Source: Acutalibacteraceae bacterium
Lineage (GTDB): Bacteria > Bacillota > Clostridia > Oscillospirales > Acutalibacteraceae
Length of the DNA stretch: 64,000 nt
Assembly (NCBI GenBank): GCA_045638145.1
Contig: JAZUAU010000027.1
Span: forward strand, 70,496-134,495
Direction of reading: 5' to 3'
Positions within the stretch are counted from its first letter, which is position 1; every line of letters begins with the position of its first letter. The notes beneath the pieces are model-generated. The model was given only the letters and a program-made list of their open reading frames with translations. It searched no databases and was not told the origin of the DNA. A program made the translations under genes and the position numbers. This document shows positions 34,866 to 43,833 of this stretch, piece by piece.

Positions 34866-35170
34866 TTATCCAAATAATACCATCAGTGCCGAGATGAAGA
34901 TTGCAAGTCCGCCGCAGAGGTACTGCACAAGGTTGCAGACGGCGAGGACACACATTTCCTCAAACCAATCGTATTCATCCTTTACAAACCAATTTTTGAA
35001 AAGGGATGCAATAAGCGATGCCGCCACCACAGGACACGAAACAAATATTTATTAAAAGTATATTTTTCAGCTCTGTGGCCGCTGTCCTCAACATTGAGGA
35101 TATCTTCTCCACAGACGGGACAAACGCCGATTGAGTCAACAGTCATTTTGCAACGGGGACACTTTTTCAC
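34866..35170 (-). pseudogene. Zinc-ribbon plus TM protein apparently split by a frameshift
   Basis: The N-terminal frame gives 'MKKCPRCKMTVDSIGVCPVCGEDIL'. A different frame downstream encodes a start-less hydrophobic tail '...SCPVVAASLIASLF...LAVCNLVQYLCGGLAIFISALMVLFG*'. The junction is in an A/T-rich run near 35040..35065. Confidence 0.4.
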
Positions 35171-35237
35171 TGCTGTACGAACTCCTTGTTTCTTGATAAA
35201 AAATTATATTTCAAAAAGAGCAATCAGTCAAGATGTT

Positions 35238-36002
35238 TTATCTCTTTTTCTGCTGACCGAGCCAAATCCACATAACAAGCTTATGGGGCAGAATTTTTGT
35301 TGCAAGCACCTGAAGACGAATCATAGGACCAACCACAGATACGTCCTTACCCTTCCTCATATCGCGAAGTGCACGGGTCACAACCTGCTCGGCGGTGAAG
35401 AACTGATTATAATAGGTGATGACCGAATCGTCAACAACGGCGGTATCAAAAAACTCGGTTTTAACCCAACCGGGACAGACCGCCATCATCTTGATTCCCT
35501 GTTTTTTATACTCGGCATTTACCGCCCTTGTAAAGGACAGGACAAATGCCTTTGTTGCGCCGTAAGTTGCAATATAGGGCACCGGCTGGAAGGATGAGAG
35601 CGAGCCAATCTGATAAACCTCGCTGCCCTTCTTAAGATATGGCAAAACGAGATAGGTTAACGCAACAAGAGCCTTGTCATTAAGGTCAATCATATCAAGC
35701 TGCTGTGACAACGGCACCTTCTCGAACTTCTCGAAAACACCGAATCCGCTTGCATTAACAAGGGTTTTAACCTCGGGCTTTTCGGCTTCAAGAAGGCTTT
35801 TAAGCTCATCGTATGACTCGTTCTTTGTAAGGTCAAGTGCAATCGGTCTGACGGTGCAGTCGACCTCGTTTTTAATCTCTTCAAGTCTTTCTCTTCTGCG
35901 GGCGATTACCCAAATTTCATCGTAGTTTTCCTGCGACGAAAGTCTTTTGACAAACTCTCTGCCCATTCCGCTTGATGCGCCCGTAATTATCGCAATTTTC
36001 AT
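35238..36002 (-). CDS. SDR-family oxidoreductase
   Basis: 'IAIITGASSGMGREF' and 'YGATKAFV' (YxxxK). Confidence 0.85.
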   Translation of the reverse strand: MKIAIITGASSGMGREFVKRLSSQENYDEIWVIARRRERLEEIKNEVDCTVRPIALDLTKNESYDELKSLLEAEKPEVKTLVNASGFGVFEKFEKVPLSQQLDMIDLNDKALVALTYLVLPYLKKGSEVYQIGSLSSFQPVPYIATYGATKAFVLSFTRAVNAEYKKQGIKMMAVCPGWVKTEFFDTAVVDDSVITYYNQFFTAEQVVTRALRDMRKGKDVSVVGPMIRLQVLATKILPHKLVMWIWLGQQKKR

Positions 36003-36016
36003 ATTCTTATCCTTTC

Positions 36017-36041
36017 AAAAAAGGGCGGATATTTTCCGCCC
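36017..36041 (-). terminator. Intrinsic terminator 7 nt upstream of the SDR RBS (ends the liv operon and/or attenuates the SDR gene)
   Basis: On the minus strand, GGGCGGA-aaata-TCCGCCC is followed by TTTTTT and then GAAAGGataagaatATG. Confidence 0.7.
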
Positions 36042-36062
36042 TTAATTTTAATCTAACCCAAC

Positions 36063-36207
36063 AACTATGAACTATAAGTTATGAAAAAGCCTACAGCTTT
36101 TGTTATGATATGCTCGCCTTTATTTTTATAAAGTTTATAGTTCGGCGCAGCCGTTCATAACTCATAGTTCGCCAAAGGCGATCATAACTGCGGTGCTAAT
36201 GCACCGC
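36063..36207. repeat. Cluster of small hairpin repeats built from the words ATAGTTC and TCATAACT
   Basis: Tandem 26-nt units ATAGTTC-GGCGCAGCC-GTTCATAACT (36137..36162) and ATAGTTC-GCCAAAGGC-GATCATAACT (36164..36189) have compensatory stem changes. The same words occur inverted at 36063..36110. Hairpin GCGGTGC-taat-GCACCGC abuts the livF stop. Confidence 0.6.
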
Positions 36208-36917
36208 TATCCGCCGAGATAAGCCTTTTTAACCTCATCACTTGCGGCAAGCTCTGCGCCTGTTCCCGAAAGAACAATTTCGCCAAGCTCGAGCACGTAA
36301 GCTCTGTCAGAAATGGCAAGGGATTTACCCGCATTCTGCTCAACGAGGAGAACGGTTGTGCCGTCATCTCTGAAATCCTTGATAATCTCGAAAACCTGGT
36401 CAACGAGAAGAGGAGAAAGTCCCATAGAGGGCTCGTCGAGAAGCAAAAGCTTCGGGTGACTCATCATAGCGCGCCCCATAGCAAGCATCTGCTGTTCACC
36501 GCCCGAAAGGGTGCCCGCAATCTGTCCCCTACGCTCTCCGAGTCGGGGGAAACGCTCGTAAATTTTTTCAATATCTGCCTTTATCTGACCCTTATCCTTC
36601 TGTGAGAAGCCGCCCATAAGGAGGTTTTCATAAACGGTCAGCTCCTGAAAGATTCTTCTTCCTTCGGGTACCTCAGCCATTCCAAGATGGATAATCTTGT
36701 GGCAGGGGGTCTTTGTAATGTCGTGTCCGTCGAAGATAACACTGCCGCCGCGCGAGGGAATAAGTCCGATAATCGACTGCATTGTGGTGGTTTTTCCTGC
36801 ACCATTTGCGCCGATAAGGGTTACAATTTCACCTTCGTTCACCTCAAAGCTGATGCCTTTGAGTGCGCGGATAACACCGTAATAAACCTCAAGGTCTTTT
36901 ACTTCAAGTAATGCCAT
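36207..36917 (-). CDS. livF: Branched-chain amino acid ABC transporter ATP-binding protein LivF
   Basis: Internal Met 'MALLEVKDLEVYYGVIRALKGISFEVNEGEIVTLIGANGAGKTT'. Confidence 0.9.
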   Translation of the reverse strand: MALLEVKDLEVYYGVIRALKGISFEVNEGEIVTLIGANGAGKTTTMQSIIGLIPSRGGSVIFDGHDITKTPCHKIIHLGMAEVPEGRRIFQELTVYENLLMGGFSQKDKGQIKADIEKIYERFPRLGERRGQIAGTLSGGEQQMLAMGRAMMSHPKLLLLDEPSMGLSPLLVDQVFEIIKDFRDDGTTVLLVEQNAGKSLAISDRAYVLELGEIVLSGTGAELAASDEVKKAYLGG

Positions 36918-36921
36918 AGCG

Positions 36922-37692
36922 TTATCCTCCGATATATGCCCGAATAACCTCGGGGTCGTTAAGTGCGGTTTCGCAGTCGCCCTGTGCGAGAACGGTACCA
37001 AAATTAAGAACGGTAACCTCGTCACAAAGTCCCGAAACGAACTTCATATCGTGCTCTATAAGGAGCACGGTCATATCAAACTCATCGCGTATACGACGAA
37101 CAATTGCCATAAGGTCCTCTGTTTCGTGGGGGTTCATACCTGCGGCAGGCTCGTCAAGAAGGAGAAGCTTGGGATTGGTTGCAAGGGCACGCGCAATCTC
37201 GAGCTTTCTCTGCTTACCGTAGGGCAGATTACAGGATAGGACATTTCTCTCCTCCTCAAGACCTACTATGCGAAGAATTTCCTTTGCACGCTCACGCATT
37301 GCCTTCTCGCACTTAAAATGACGGGGCAGGCGGAACATACTCTCAACCATAGAGCACTTGAAACCGGGCTGATTGTGAAGTCCTACCATAACGTTTCTGA
37401 TAACCGTCATATTGTTAAAAAGACGGATGTTCTGGAAGGTACGTGCAATACCCTTGCGGTTGATTGCAATCTGGTTTTTACCGGTAAGATCCTCTCCGTC
37501 AAGATAAAATTTACCCGTTGTGGGCTGATAAACGCCCGTAAGCATATTGAATACGGTGGTCTTGCCGGCACCGTTAGGTCCAACAAGTCCGTAAAGCTGC
37601 TTTTTCTTTATCTCGAGATTAAGCTCCGAAACAGCTTTTAGTCCGCCGAAGGAAATGCCGAGATTTTCTGTTTTGAGGATAATATCTGACAT
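36922..37692 (-). CDS. livG: Branched-chain amino acid ABC transporter ATP-binding protein LivG
   Basis: 'ILKTENLGISFGGLKAVSELNL...GLVGPNGAGKTTVFN'. Confidence 0.9.
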   Translation of the reverse strand: MSDIILKTENLGISFGGLKAVSELNLEIKKKQLYGLVGPNGAGKTTVFNMLTGVYQPTTGKFYLDGEDLTGKNQIAINRKGIARTFQNIRLFNNMTVIRNVMVGLHNQPGFKCSMVESMFRLPRHFKCEKAMRERAKEILRIVGLEEERNVLSCNLPYGKQRKLEIARALATNPKLLLLDEPAAGMNPHETEDLMAIVRRIRDEFDMTVLLIEHDMKFVSGLCDEVTVLNFGTVLAQGDCETALNDPEVIRAYIGG

Positions 37693-38822
37693 TATTTACC
37701 CTCCTTCTTATCGGGATCAACGGTGGACATCTGGGGCTGAAGGTCAACCGACAGAACCTCGTTCATCTCAATCTTTGTAGGAACGCGATCCCACTTAGCT
37801 TCATCATCGTGCTGGTGTGCGGGGTCGTTCCTCTTTCTGAATATTTTATTCAGAAGGTTTTTAATATTAAGCTTCTCTCTTATAGGCTTAAGGGCAGGAG
37901 CGTTGTTATAAATAACCATAATTATGAGAATAAGTGCATATATCAGGTTTTTATAGAGAGCCGCATCACCCTCAAGGGTAGTCTGAAGCTTGGTGTTAAT
38001 AAAGGTAATAAGTGCAGCCGCAATAATCGAGCCGTTGAGATTACCCATTCCTCCGAGTACAACCATAACGAGTATCTCGATAGAATAGTTGTAATCGAAA
38101 ACGCCGCTTTCAACACGGTTCTTCGAAAAGCTGTATAGAACGCCAGCAACTCCCGCAAAAAAGGAGGAAATCGTAAACACTGCAAGCTTATACTTTGTTA
38201 CGTTGATACCCGTAGCTCTTGCCGCAATTTCATTATCTCGAATAGCGGTAACGGCGCGTCCGTGCTTGGAACGGATAAAGTTCTGAATAATAATTACCGT
38301 AATTATTACGAAAACAAAAGCAATTATGAAAAGTTCGTTTCTCGAATAACGGGGGGTTTTAAGTCCGAGGTTTCCGCCGAAGCTTGCCTCAGAGGTGTTT
38401 CTGAAAATAGCCTTGATAATCTCGCCGAAGGCAAGCGTTGCTATTGCGAGATAGTCGCCGCGAAGGCGAAGTGCAGGCAATCCAATAATAACACCGAGAA
38501 TCGCCGCAACAGCACCGCCGACAAGTACTGAAATTAAAAGGTTGGGCAGGGTCTTTCCCATAGAGGATTCAAGAATAACCGAAACCTTACCTCCGATATA
38601 TGCACCGGCGCACATAAATCCTGCGTGACCGAGTGAAAGCTCACCGAGGAAGCCGACAACCATAGAAAGAGAAGCGGCAAGAATAATTGCTATAGCAATA
38701 CTCTCAAGAAGAACAAGGTTGCTTCGTGCAATATCCTTTGATAGAACGGTAAGAACAATCGTTATGATGGCGATTATTATCCAGTTGAGATGGTGTCTGA
38801 TTTTGAAATCTTTTTTCAGCAT
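37692..38822 (-). CDS. livM: Branched-chain amino acid ABC transporter permease LivM
   Basis: Polytopic permease. Start chosen at MLKKDFKI, just after the livH stop. Confidence 0.85.
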   Translation of the reverse strand: MLKKDFKIRHHLNWIIIAIITIVLTVLSKDIARSNLVLLESIAIAIILAASLSMVVGFLGELSLGHAGFMCAGAYIGGKVSVILESSMGKTLPNLLISVLVGGAVAAILGVIIGLPALRLRGDYLAIATLAFGEIIKAIFRNTSEASFGGNLGLKTPRYSRNELFIIAFVFVIITVIIIQNFIRSKHGRAVTAIRDNEIAARATGINVTKYKLAVFTISSFFAGVAGVLYSFSKNRVESGVFDYNYSIEILVMVVLGGMGNLNGSIIAAALITFINTKLQTTLEGDAALYKNLIYALILIIMVIYNNAPALKPIREKLNIKNLLNKIFRKRNDPAHQHDDEAKWDRVPTKIEMNEVLSVDLQPQMSTVDPDKKEGK

Positions 38823-38826
38823 ACCG

Positions 38827-39702
38827 TTACACCTTCTCTCTCTTAATCTTGCCGAGAATACCCGTAGGCTTGACAAGAAGTATAACAATAAGGCTCAGGA
38901 ATTCGATAGCGTCGGTATATGGCTTAAGAACATCTATCGTCTGACAAAGTGCCTCAACTATACCGAGCAGGATTCCGCCGACCATCGCACCTGGGATAGA
39001 ACCTATACCGCCGATAACAGCCGCAGTAAAGGCCTTGATTCCGGGCATTGCGCCTGTTGTACTGGTAACCGAGCCGGATTTTGCAAGCATAAAGTAGCCG
39101 GCGACAGCAGCAAGTGCTGAACCGATCGCAAAGGTAATTACGATAATACGGTTAACGTTAATACCCATAAGCTGAGCGGCACCTCTGTCCTCCGAAACGG
39201 CTATCATAGCGCGGCCAGTCTTTGTATATTTTACAAAAAGGCTGAGCGCAATCATTATTATAACCGCAACACCAAGTGAAATAAGGGTATTTGTCTTTAC
39301 CTTAATCTCGCCAAGCTGTGTAATACCGTAATCGGGTAAGGTTGCCGGCTTGGGGTTTGCTCCGAAAATAAGCTGAGCCAAAGCCTGAAGCAAATAGCTT
39401 ATACCTATTGCCGTAATCAGAACGGCGAGTGGCGAAGCACCACGAAGCGGTCTGTAAGCGACCTTTTCGATAGTAACTCCCAAAATAACGCAAAAGATAA
39501 CCGATACAAGCATGCCGAGATAGGGGTTCATAAACCCTACCGAAATAGCAACCGTATATCCGCCAACCATTATAATATCGCCGTGTGCGAAATTCAGCAT
39601 CTTTGCAATTCCATAGACCATGGTATAGCCGAGGGCTATAAGGGCATAGGTGCTACCAATACTGAGTCCGCTTATTAACATTTCAATAATGGAATTAATC
39701 AT
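38827..39702 (-). CDS. livH: Branched-chain amino acid ABC transporter permease LivH
   Basis: 'GLSIGSTYALIALGYTMVYGIAKMLNFAHGD'. Confidence 0.9.
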   Translation of the reverse strand: MINSIIEMLISGLSIGSTYALIALGYTMVYGIAKMLNFAHGDIIMVGGYTVAISVGFMNPYLGMLVSVIFCVILGVTIEKVAYRPLRGASPLAVLITAIGISYLLQALAQLIFGANPKPATLPDYGITQLGEIKVKTNTLISLGVAVIIMIALSLFVKYTKTGRAMIAVSEDRGAAQLMGINVNRIIVITFAIGSALAAVAGYFMLAKSGSVTSTTGAMPGIKAFTAAVIGGIGSIPGAMVGGILLGIVEALCQTIDVLKPYTDAIEFLSLIVILLVKPTGILGKIKREKV

Positions 39703-39789
39703 ATCATTTCCTACTATTTATTATTAAATATGCCGGCGAAGAAGTCCTACGCCGGCAAACTGATTTTAATTGAACTTTAAAGACTTCAA

Positions 39790-40959
39790 TTACTTAAGGT
39801 CGTATCTGATAGCATCCTTTGTAACGTATCCGTTAGCATCCCAAGAGATGTCCTCACCGGTAACACCTGAGAACTTGAATCCTTCGGTGAACTGCTTCTT
39901 AAGAATGTCGCAGAACTCTGCAGGCTCGGTAGAAGCATCGAACTCAACGCCTGCTGCCTTTGCAGCCTTTAATGCCTCGTAGATAGCATATATACAGTCG
40001 TACGCTGAAGCGCCAAACTGGTTAAGGGTTTTCTCATCGTAAGTGTCTTTGTACTTTTTGATGAACTCAGCAGCCTTGCCTTCTTCAGCCTTAGAGTTGA
40101 AGTGAGAAAGCATAGAAACCTTCTGGGGAACTTCTTCTGCAAAGTTTTCGAACTGACCCTCGAGTCCATCGAATCCGTCACAGCCGTAGTAAATTGCATC
40201 GTCAGCAACGAGACCCTTAGCCTGCTTCATAAACTGAGCAGCGGGACCATAGTAGATAGGCATGAAGATAAGGTCGCAATCCTTAAGGTTGTTGATCTGA
40301 GCAGCGAAGTCATAGCTGTCGGTTTCGCCGAGGAAGGACTCGGTTACGAGGGTTTCCTTAATGCCTGCGTTGAGGCTATCTATAAACTTGTTGTAGATGC
40401 CTGCAGAATAGTCGTCGTCAGATTTATAAAGAACACCGATCTTCTTGTCTGCAAAATTATCGTTTACGTAGTTTGCAGCAGCAGTACCTTGGTTGGAGTC
40501 TGCGAAGCACATCTGGAAACCGTTGTCATATTTCGGAATGTTATCTCCGGAAGCAGAAGGGGTAATGAAGAATACGTTATCTTCATGTGCATACTCCATA
40601 AACTCAAGACCGGGCTTGGTTGTTACGGTACCGAGAGAAATCTGCATGCCCTTTTCGTAAAGTTCAAGATAGTTTGATTCAATCTTGGTAACATCGTTAA
40701 CGTCATCAAGAGCGATAAGCTCGAACTTAACGTCAAGGCTGCCCGTCTCTTCGATTTCCTTGTTGATTTCATCAATAGCCATCTGAGCAGCGTTCTTAAC
40801 AGCAAGGCCGTAAACTGCAGCGCCGCCGGTAAGAGGTCCGGAAAGGCCGATCTTGATGGTTCCTGCCGACTCGCTGTCCTTCTTGCCGCCGCAAGCTGCG
40901 AGGCAGCCAAGGCAAAGAACGAGAGCCATTACAATTGCTAAAAGCTTTGCGAATTTCAT
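39790..40959 (-). CDS. livJ: ABC transporter amino-acid (Leu/Ile/Val-type) substrate-binding lipoprotein
   Basis: Lipobox 'CLGCLAACGG' and a type-I periplasmic binding fold pattern. First gene of the liv operon. Confidence 0.8.
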   Translation of the reverse strand: MKFAKLLAIVMALVLCLGCLAACGGKKDSESAGTIKIGLSGPLTGGAAVYGLAVKNAAQMAIDEINKEIEETGSLDVKFELIALDDVNDVTKIESNYLELYEKGMQISLGTVTTKPGLEFMEYAHEDNVFFITPSASGDNIPKYDNGFQMCFADSNQGTAAANYVNDNFADKKIGVLYKSDDDYSAGIYNKFIDSLNAGIKETLVTESFLGETDSYDFAAQINNLKDCDLIFMPIYYGPAAQFMKQAKGLVADDAIYYGCDGFDGLEGQFENFAEEVPQKVSMLSHFNSKAEEGKAAEFIKKYKDTYDEKTLNQFGASAYDCIYAIYEALKAAKAAGVEFDASTEPAEFCDILKKQFTEGFKFSGVTGEDISWDANGYVTKDAIRYDLK

Positions 40960-41086
40960 AAAAATTCTCCTTTAAGTATTTTGTTTTTGAATGTCGTTTA
41001 ACATTTATATCATTTTAGCACGATAAAGTGAAATTGAAAAGTGACAATTTCTACAAAAATTATTATAAAACTAGTGCGTTTTTACT

Positions 41087-41112
41087 GAAAAATGTCGTAC
41101 AACACGTACGAC
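41087..41112 (-). terminator. Terminator after the small lipoprotein gene
   Basis: GTCGTAC-gtgtt-GTACGAC followed by ATTTTT on the minus strand. Confidence 0.55.
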
Positions 41113-41152
41113 AAATGGTATTTGTTCGCCACTCGAGTACATTCGTAAAATT

Positions 41153-41344
41153 TTACTCTGCTACAAGGCTCACTTTGACTCCAAATATCTGTCCCGGGTA
41201 GCAGAGGGCAATTTGCCCGCTGTATTCTACCTTTATTCTGTGCCCTACCGAGGAAGCGAGCGCACCTGCCTCAGCCGCGGCATCTGCACAGCCGCAAAGA
41301 AGAAGCAGCACAAGCGCTATTATATATAATGTATATCTTTTCAA
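41153..41344 (-). CDS. Small putative lipoprotein
   Basis: 63 aa with lipobox-like 'LLLLCGC'. Follows the XRE/TM gene by 4 nt. Confidence 0.45.
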   Translation of the reverse strand: MKRYTLYIIALVLLLLCGCADAAAEAGALASSVGHRIKVEYSGQIALCYPGQIFGVKVSLVAE

Positions 41345-41348
41345 GAAA

Positions 41349-41960
41349 CTATATTTCCTTATTTCTCTTTCTTACCTTAATGCCCGACCACATAAAGATA
41401 ATAATCTGTCCCGGGATGCCGAGTACGAAAAGAATCCAAATATTGAAGCGGGCAGCGAGAAGCAGAGTTAAATAAACCGCGGCAAGAACCGACCACATAA
41501 GAAGAGAGATTATTGCAAAGTTAACCGATTTGTTAAACCACACCGAGTTGAAAACCAGCCAAACGATGAGAGAGGCGGGCACAGCCCAGAGGTAGGCTAG
41601 CCAGCGGTAGGAAAACTCTACCGACGCAATGTCGGTGGATACAAAGGCAACGGTGGCGATAAGCCAGACAAGGACAACCGAAATACCGGTAATAAGTCCG
41701 CGGTTGCGTATTTTGTCCTTTTTAAGCTCACTGACGAGTTTCACCGCCTCGTGCTCGTGAACAAGATAATCGAGTGTAACCCCGAAAAGCTCGGATACAG
41801 ACAGCAGCACCGACACATCGGGCACCGATTCTCCTCGCTCCCATTTGGAAACCGCCTTGTCAGAATAGTTCAGTTTTTCGGCAAGCTCAATCTGTGTCAT
41901 GCCCGCCGCCGTGCGAAGCTCTGAAATGTTCTTCGCTATAATGGGTTTTAAGTCGTTCAT
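41349..41960 (-). CDS. XRE-family HTH regulator fused to a 4-TM membrane domain
   Basis: 'IAKNISELRTAAGMTQIELAEKLNYSDKAVSKWERGESVPD' followed by hydrophobic helices. Confidence 0.8.
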   Translation of the reverse strand: MNDLKPIIAKNISELRTAAGMTQIELAEKLNYSDKAVSKWERGESVPDVSVLLSVSELFGVTLDYLVHEHEAVKLVSELKKDKIRNRGLITGISVVLVWLIATVAFVSTDIASVEFSYRWLAYLWAVPASLIVWLVFNSVWFNKSVNFAIISLLMWSVLAAVYLTLLLAARFNIWILFVLGIPGQIIIFMWSGIKVRKRNKEI

Positions 41961-42290
41961 GTTTTTTCTCCAAATAACCGAGTGTTAATTTGCGTTGCTT
42001 GAAAGGTATCATAAACAGTAATAACATATACACAGTATAACACAAGTTGAAAGATAAATCAAGTGTGCCAAAATCGTAATTCTACCGTTGGTAGAGTTAA
42101 AATTTCAAACTCTACCGCCCGTTTTTGAGCAGTATAGTCCCGAATCTATTTAGTAGGTTTAAAAGTCCCGTAGCTTTGTGTATACTTTAAGCAGCGGAGT
42201 TTTTGACAACCCGCTTTTGTTTTGATTTTTAGGTCGAAGGATTGTAGCTTCGATATCAACAAGTCAATATATTTTTACGGAGATGATTTT

Positions 42291-43151
42291 TTGAGCAATT
42301 ACGTTATTTTAACCGACTCTGCCTGTGATTTGAAGCCCGAATTTTTAAAAGAGCTAGGCGTTGGTTATAAGAGTCTTTCCTTTACCTTTACTGATGAGGA
42401 AAAGACCTATGGAAACTTTGACCTTTCTCCTGCCGAGTTTTATGCGCAAATGAGAAATGGAAGAAGCGCTAAGACCTCGGCGGTAAATATCGCCGAGTTT
42501 AAGGACTTTTTTGAAGAAGAATTAAAAAAAGGAAATGATGTTTTATACCTCGCTTTTTCCTCGGGGCTTTCCACTACTTATAATTCCTCAGTTATCGCGG
42601 CAGATGAGCTTCACGACACCTATCCAGACCGCAAAATAATCTGCATAGATACCCTTGCCGCTTCAGCAGGCTTCGGTATGCTCGTTTACCTTGCAGCAAA
42701 GGAGAAGGAAAAGGGTTCCGACCTTGAAGCTGTAGCAGAATTTATGCGAAAAACCGTTTCCGCTCAGGTACACTGGTTTACGGTTGATAACCTTGAATAT
42801 TTGAAGCGCGGCGGCAGAGTTTCTCCCACCGTTGCCTTCGTTGGTGGTCTGCTCGGCATAAAGCCGATTCTCCATGTTGACGACGAGGGTCATCTTATAA
42901 AGGTAACAACGGCGCGAGGCAGAAATGCATCCCTTATGGCTCTTGCCGATAAGCTCGGCACAACCATTCTCGAGGGTTCCCCCGTTTGGATTTCCCACGG
43001 TGACTGTGAAGAGGACGCAAAGCTGCTTGCTGATATAATCAAAGAAAAATACGGCAAAGAGGTTACCCTCATTACTGATGTCGGCCCCGTAATCGGCGCA
43101 CATTCGGGTCCCGGTACAATGGCACTTTTCTTTCTTGGTAGTGAACGCTAA
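42291..43151 (+). CDS. DegV-family fatty-acid-binding protein
   Basis: 'NYVILTDSACDL', 'LSSGLSTTYNS', 'GPVIGAHSGPGTMALFF'. TTG start 8 nt after GGAG is preferred. Confidence 0.8.
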   Translation: MSNYVILTDSACDLKPEFLKELGVGYKSLSFTFTDEEKTYGNFDLSPAEFYAQMRNGRSAKTSAVNIAEFKDFFEEELKKGNDVLYLAFSSGLSTTYNSSVIAADELHDTYPDRKIICIDTLAASAGFGMLVYLAAKEKEKGSDLEAVAEFMRKTVSAQVHWFTVDNLEYLKRGGRVSPTVAFVGGLLGIKPILHVDDEGHLIKVTTARGRNASLMALADKLGTTILEGSPVWISHGDCEEDAKLLADIIKEKYGKEVTLITDVGPVIGAHSGPGTMALFFLGSER

Positions 43152-43822
43152 TGACCAGAACTCCTCTTTCTGCCCGTCTTCTCCCCGACTACACCCGCGG
43201 TGAAGAAATTTTTAACTTCGTTTCCCATATTGTTGGCGGAGGATTCGGTGTTATCGCGCTGCTTCTCTGTGTTTTGCGCTCGGCATTTCGGGGCGACGCT
43301 TGGGACGTTGTAGGCTCTGCCATTTACGGTGCTTCCCTTATAACCCTTTATTCAATGTCGAGCATCTACCACGCCCTGAAGCCCCCTACCGCAAAAAAGG
43401 TCTTTCAGGTGCTCGACCACTGCACCATTTATTTTCTCATTGCAGGCACCTATACGCCGATACTTTTCTCGGCTATAAGAGAGGTCTCTCCCCTCTGGTG
43501 CTGGGTCATTTTCGGAATTGAATGGGGCCTTACCTCCCTTGCCGTAACCCTTACTGCCATCGACCTTAAGAAATATTCGGTGCTATCTATGATATGCTAT
43601 ATAGGTATGGGTTGGTGCATAGTTATTGCCGCACCCGTGCTTTTAAAGGCTATCCCTATGGTCGGCTTTTGGTGGCTTCTCGCAGGGGGAATCTCCTACA
43701 CCGTCGGCGCAGTCTTTTACGGCTTCGGTAAAAGGTGCCGTTATATCCATTCGTTCTTCCACCTTTTCGTGGTCCTCGGCAGCATTTTGCAGTTTGTTTC
43801 AATCTTCTTTTACGTACTTTAG
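43151..43822 (+). CDS. Hemolysin III / PAQR-family membrane protein
   Basis: 7-TM protein with 'SHIVGG', 'SSIYHAL..', 'LDHCTIYFLIAGTYTP', 'HLFVVLGSILQF'. TAATG overlap with the upstream degV. Confidence 0.8.
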   Translation: MTRTPLSARLLPDYTRGEEIFNFVSHIVGGGFGVIALLLCVLRSAFRGDAWDVVGSAIYGASLITLYSMSSIYHALKPPTAKKVFQVLDHCTIYFLIAGTYTPILFSAIREVSPLWCWVIFGIEWGLTSLAVTLTAIDLKKYSVLSMICYIGMGWCIVIAAPVLLKAIPMVGFWWLLAGGISYTVGAVFYGFGKRCRYIHSFFHLFVVLGSILQFVSIFFYVL

Positions 43823-43833
43823 AAAGGTGTTTT

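Noticed and set aside
40960-41090. CodY-box-like AT-rich sequence (AATTGAAAAGTGACAATTT) upstream of livJ
   Set aside because: It matches the AATTTTCWGAAAATT consensus only partially, which is not distinguishable from background in an AT-rich promoter region.
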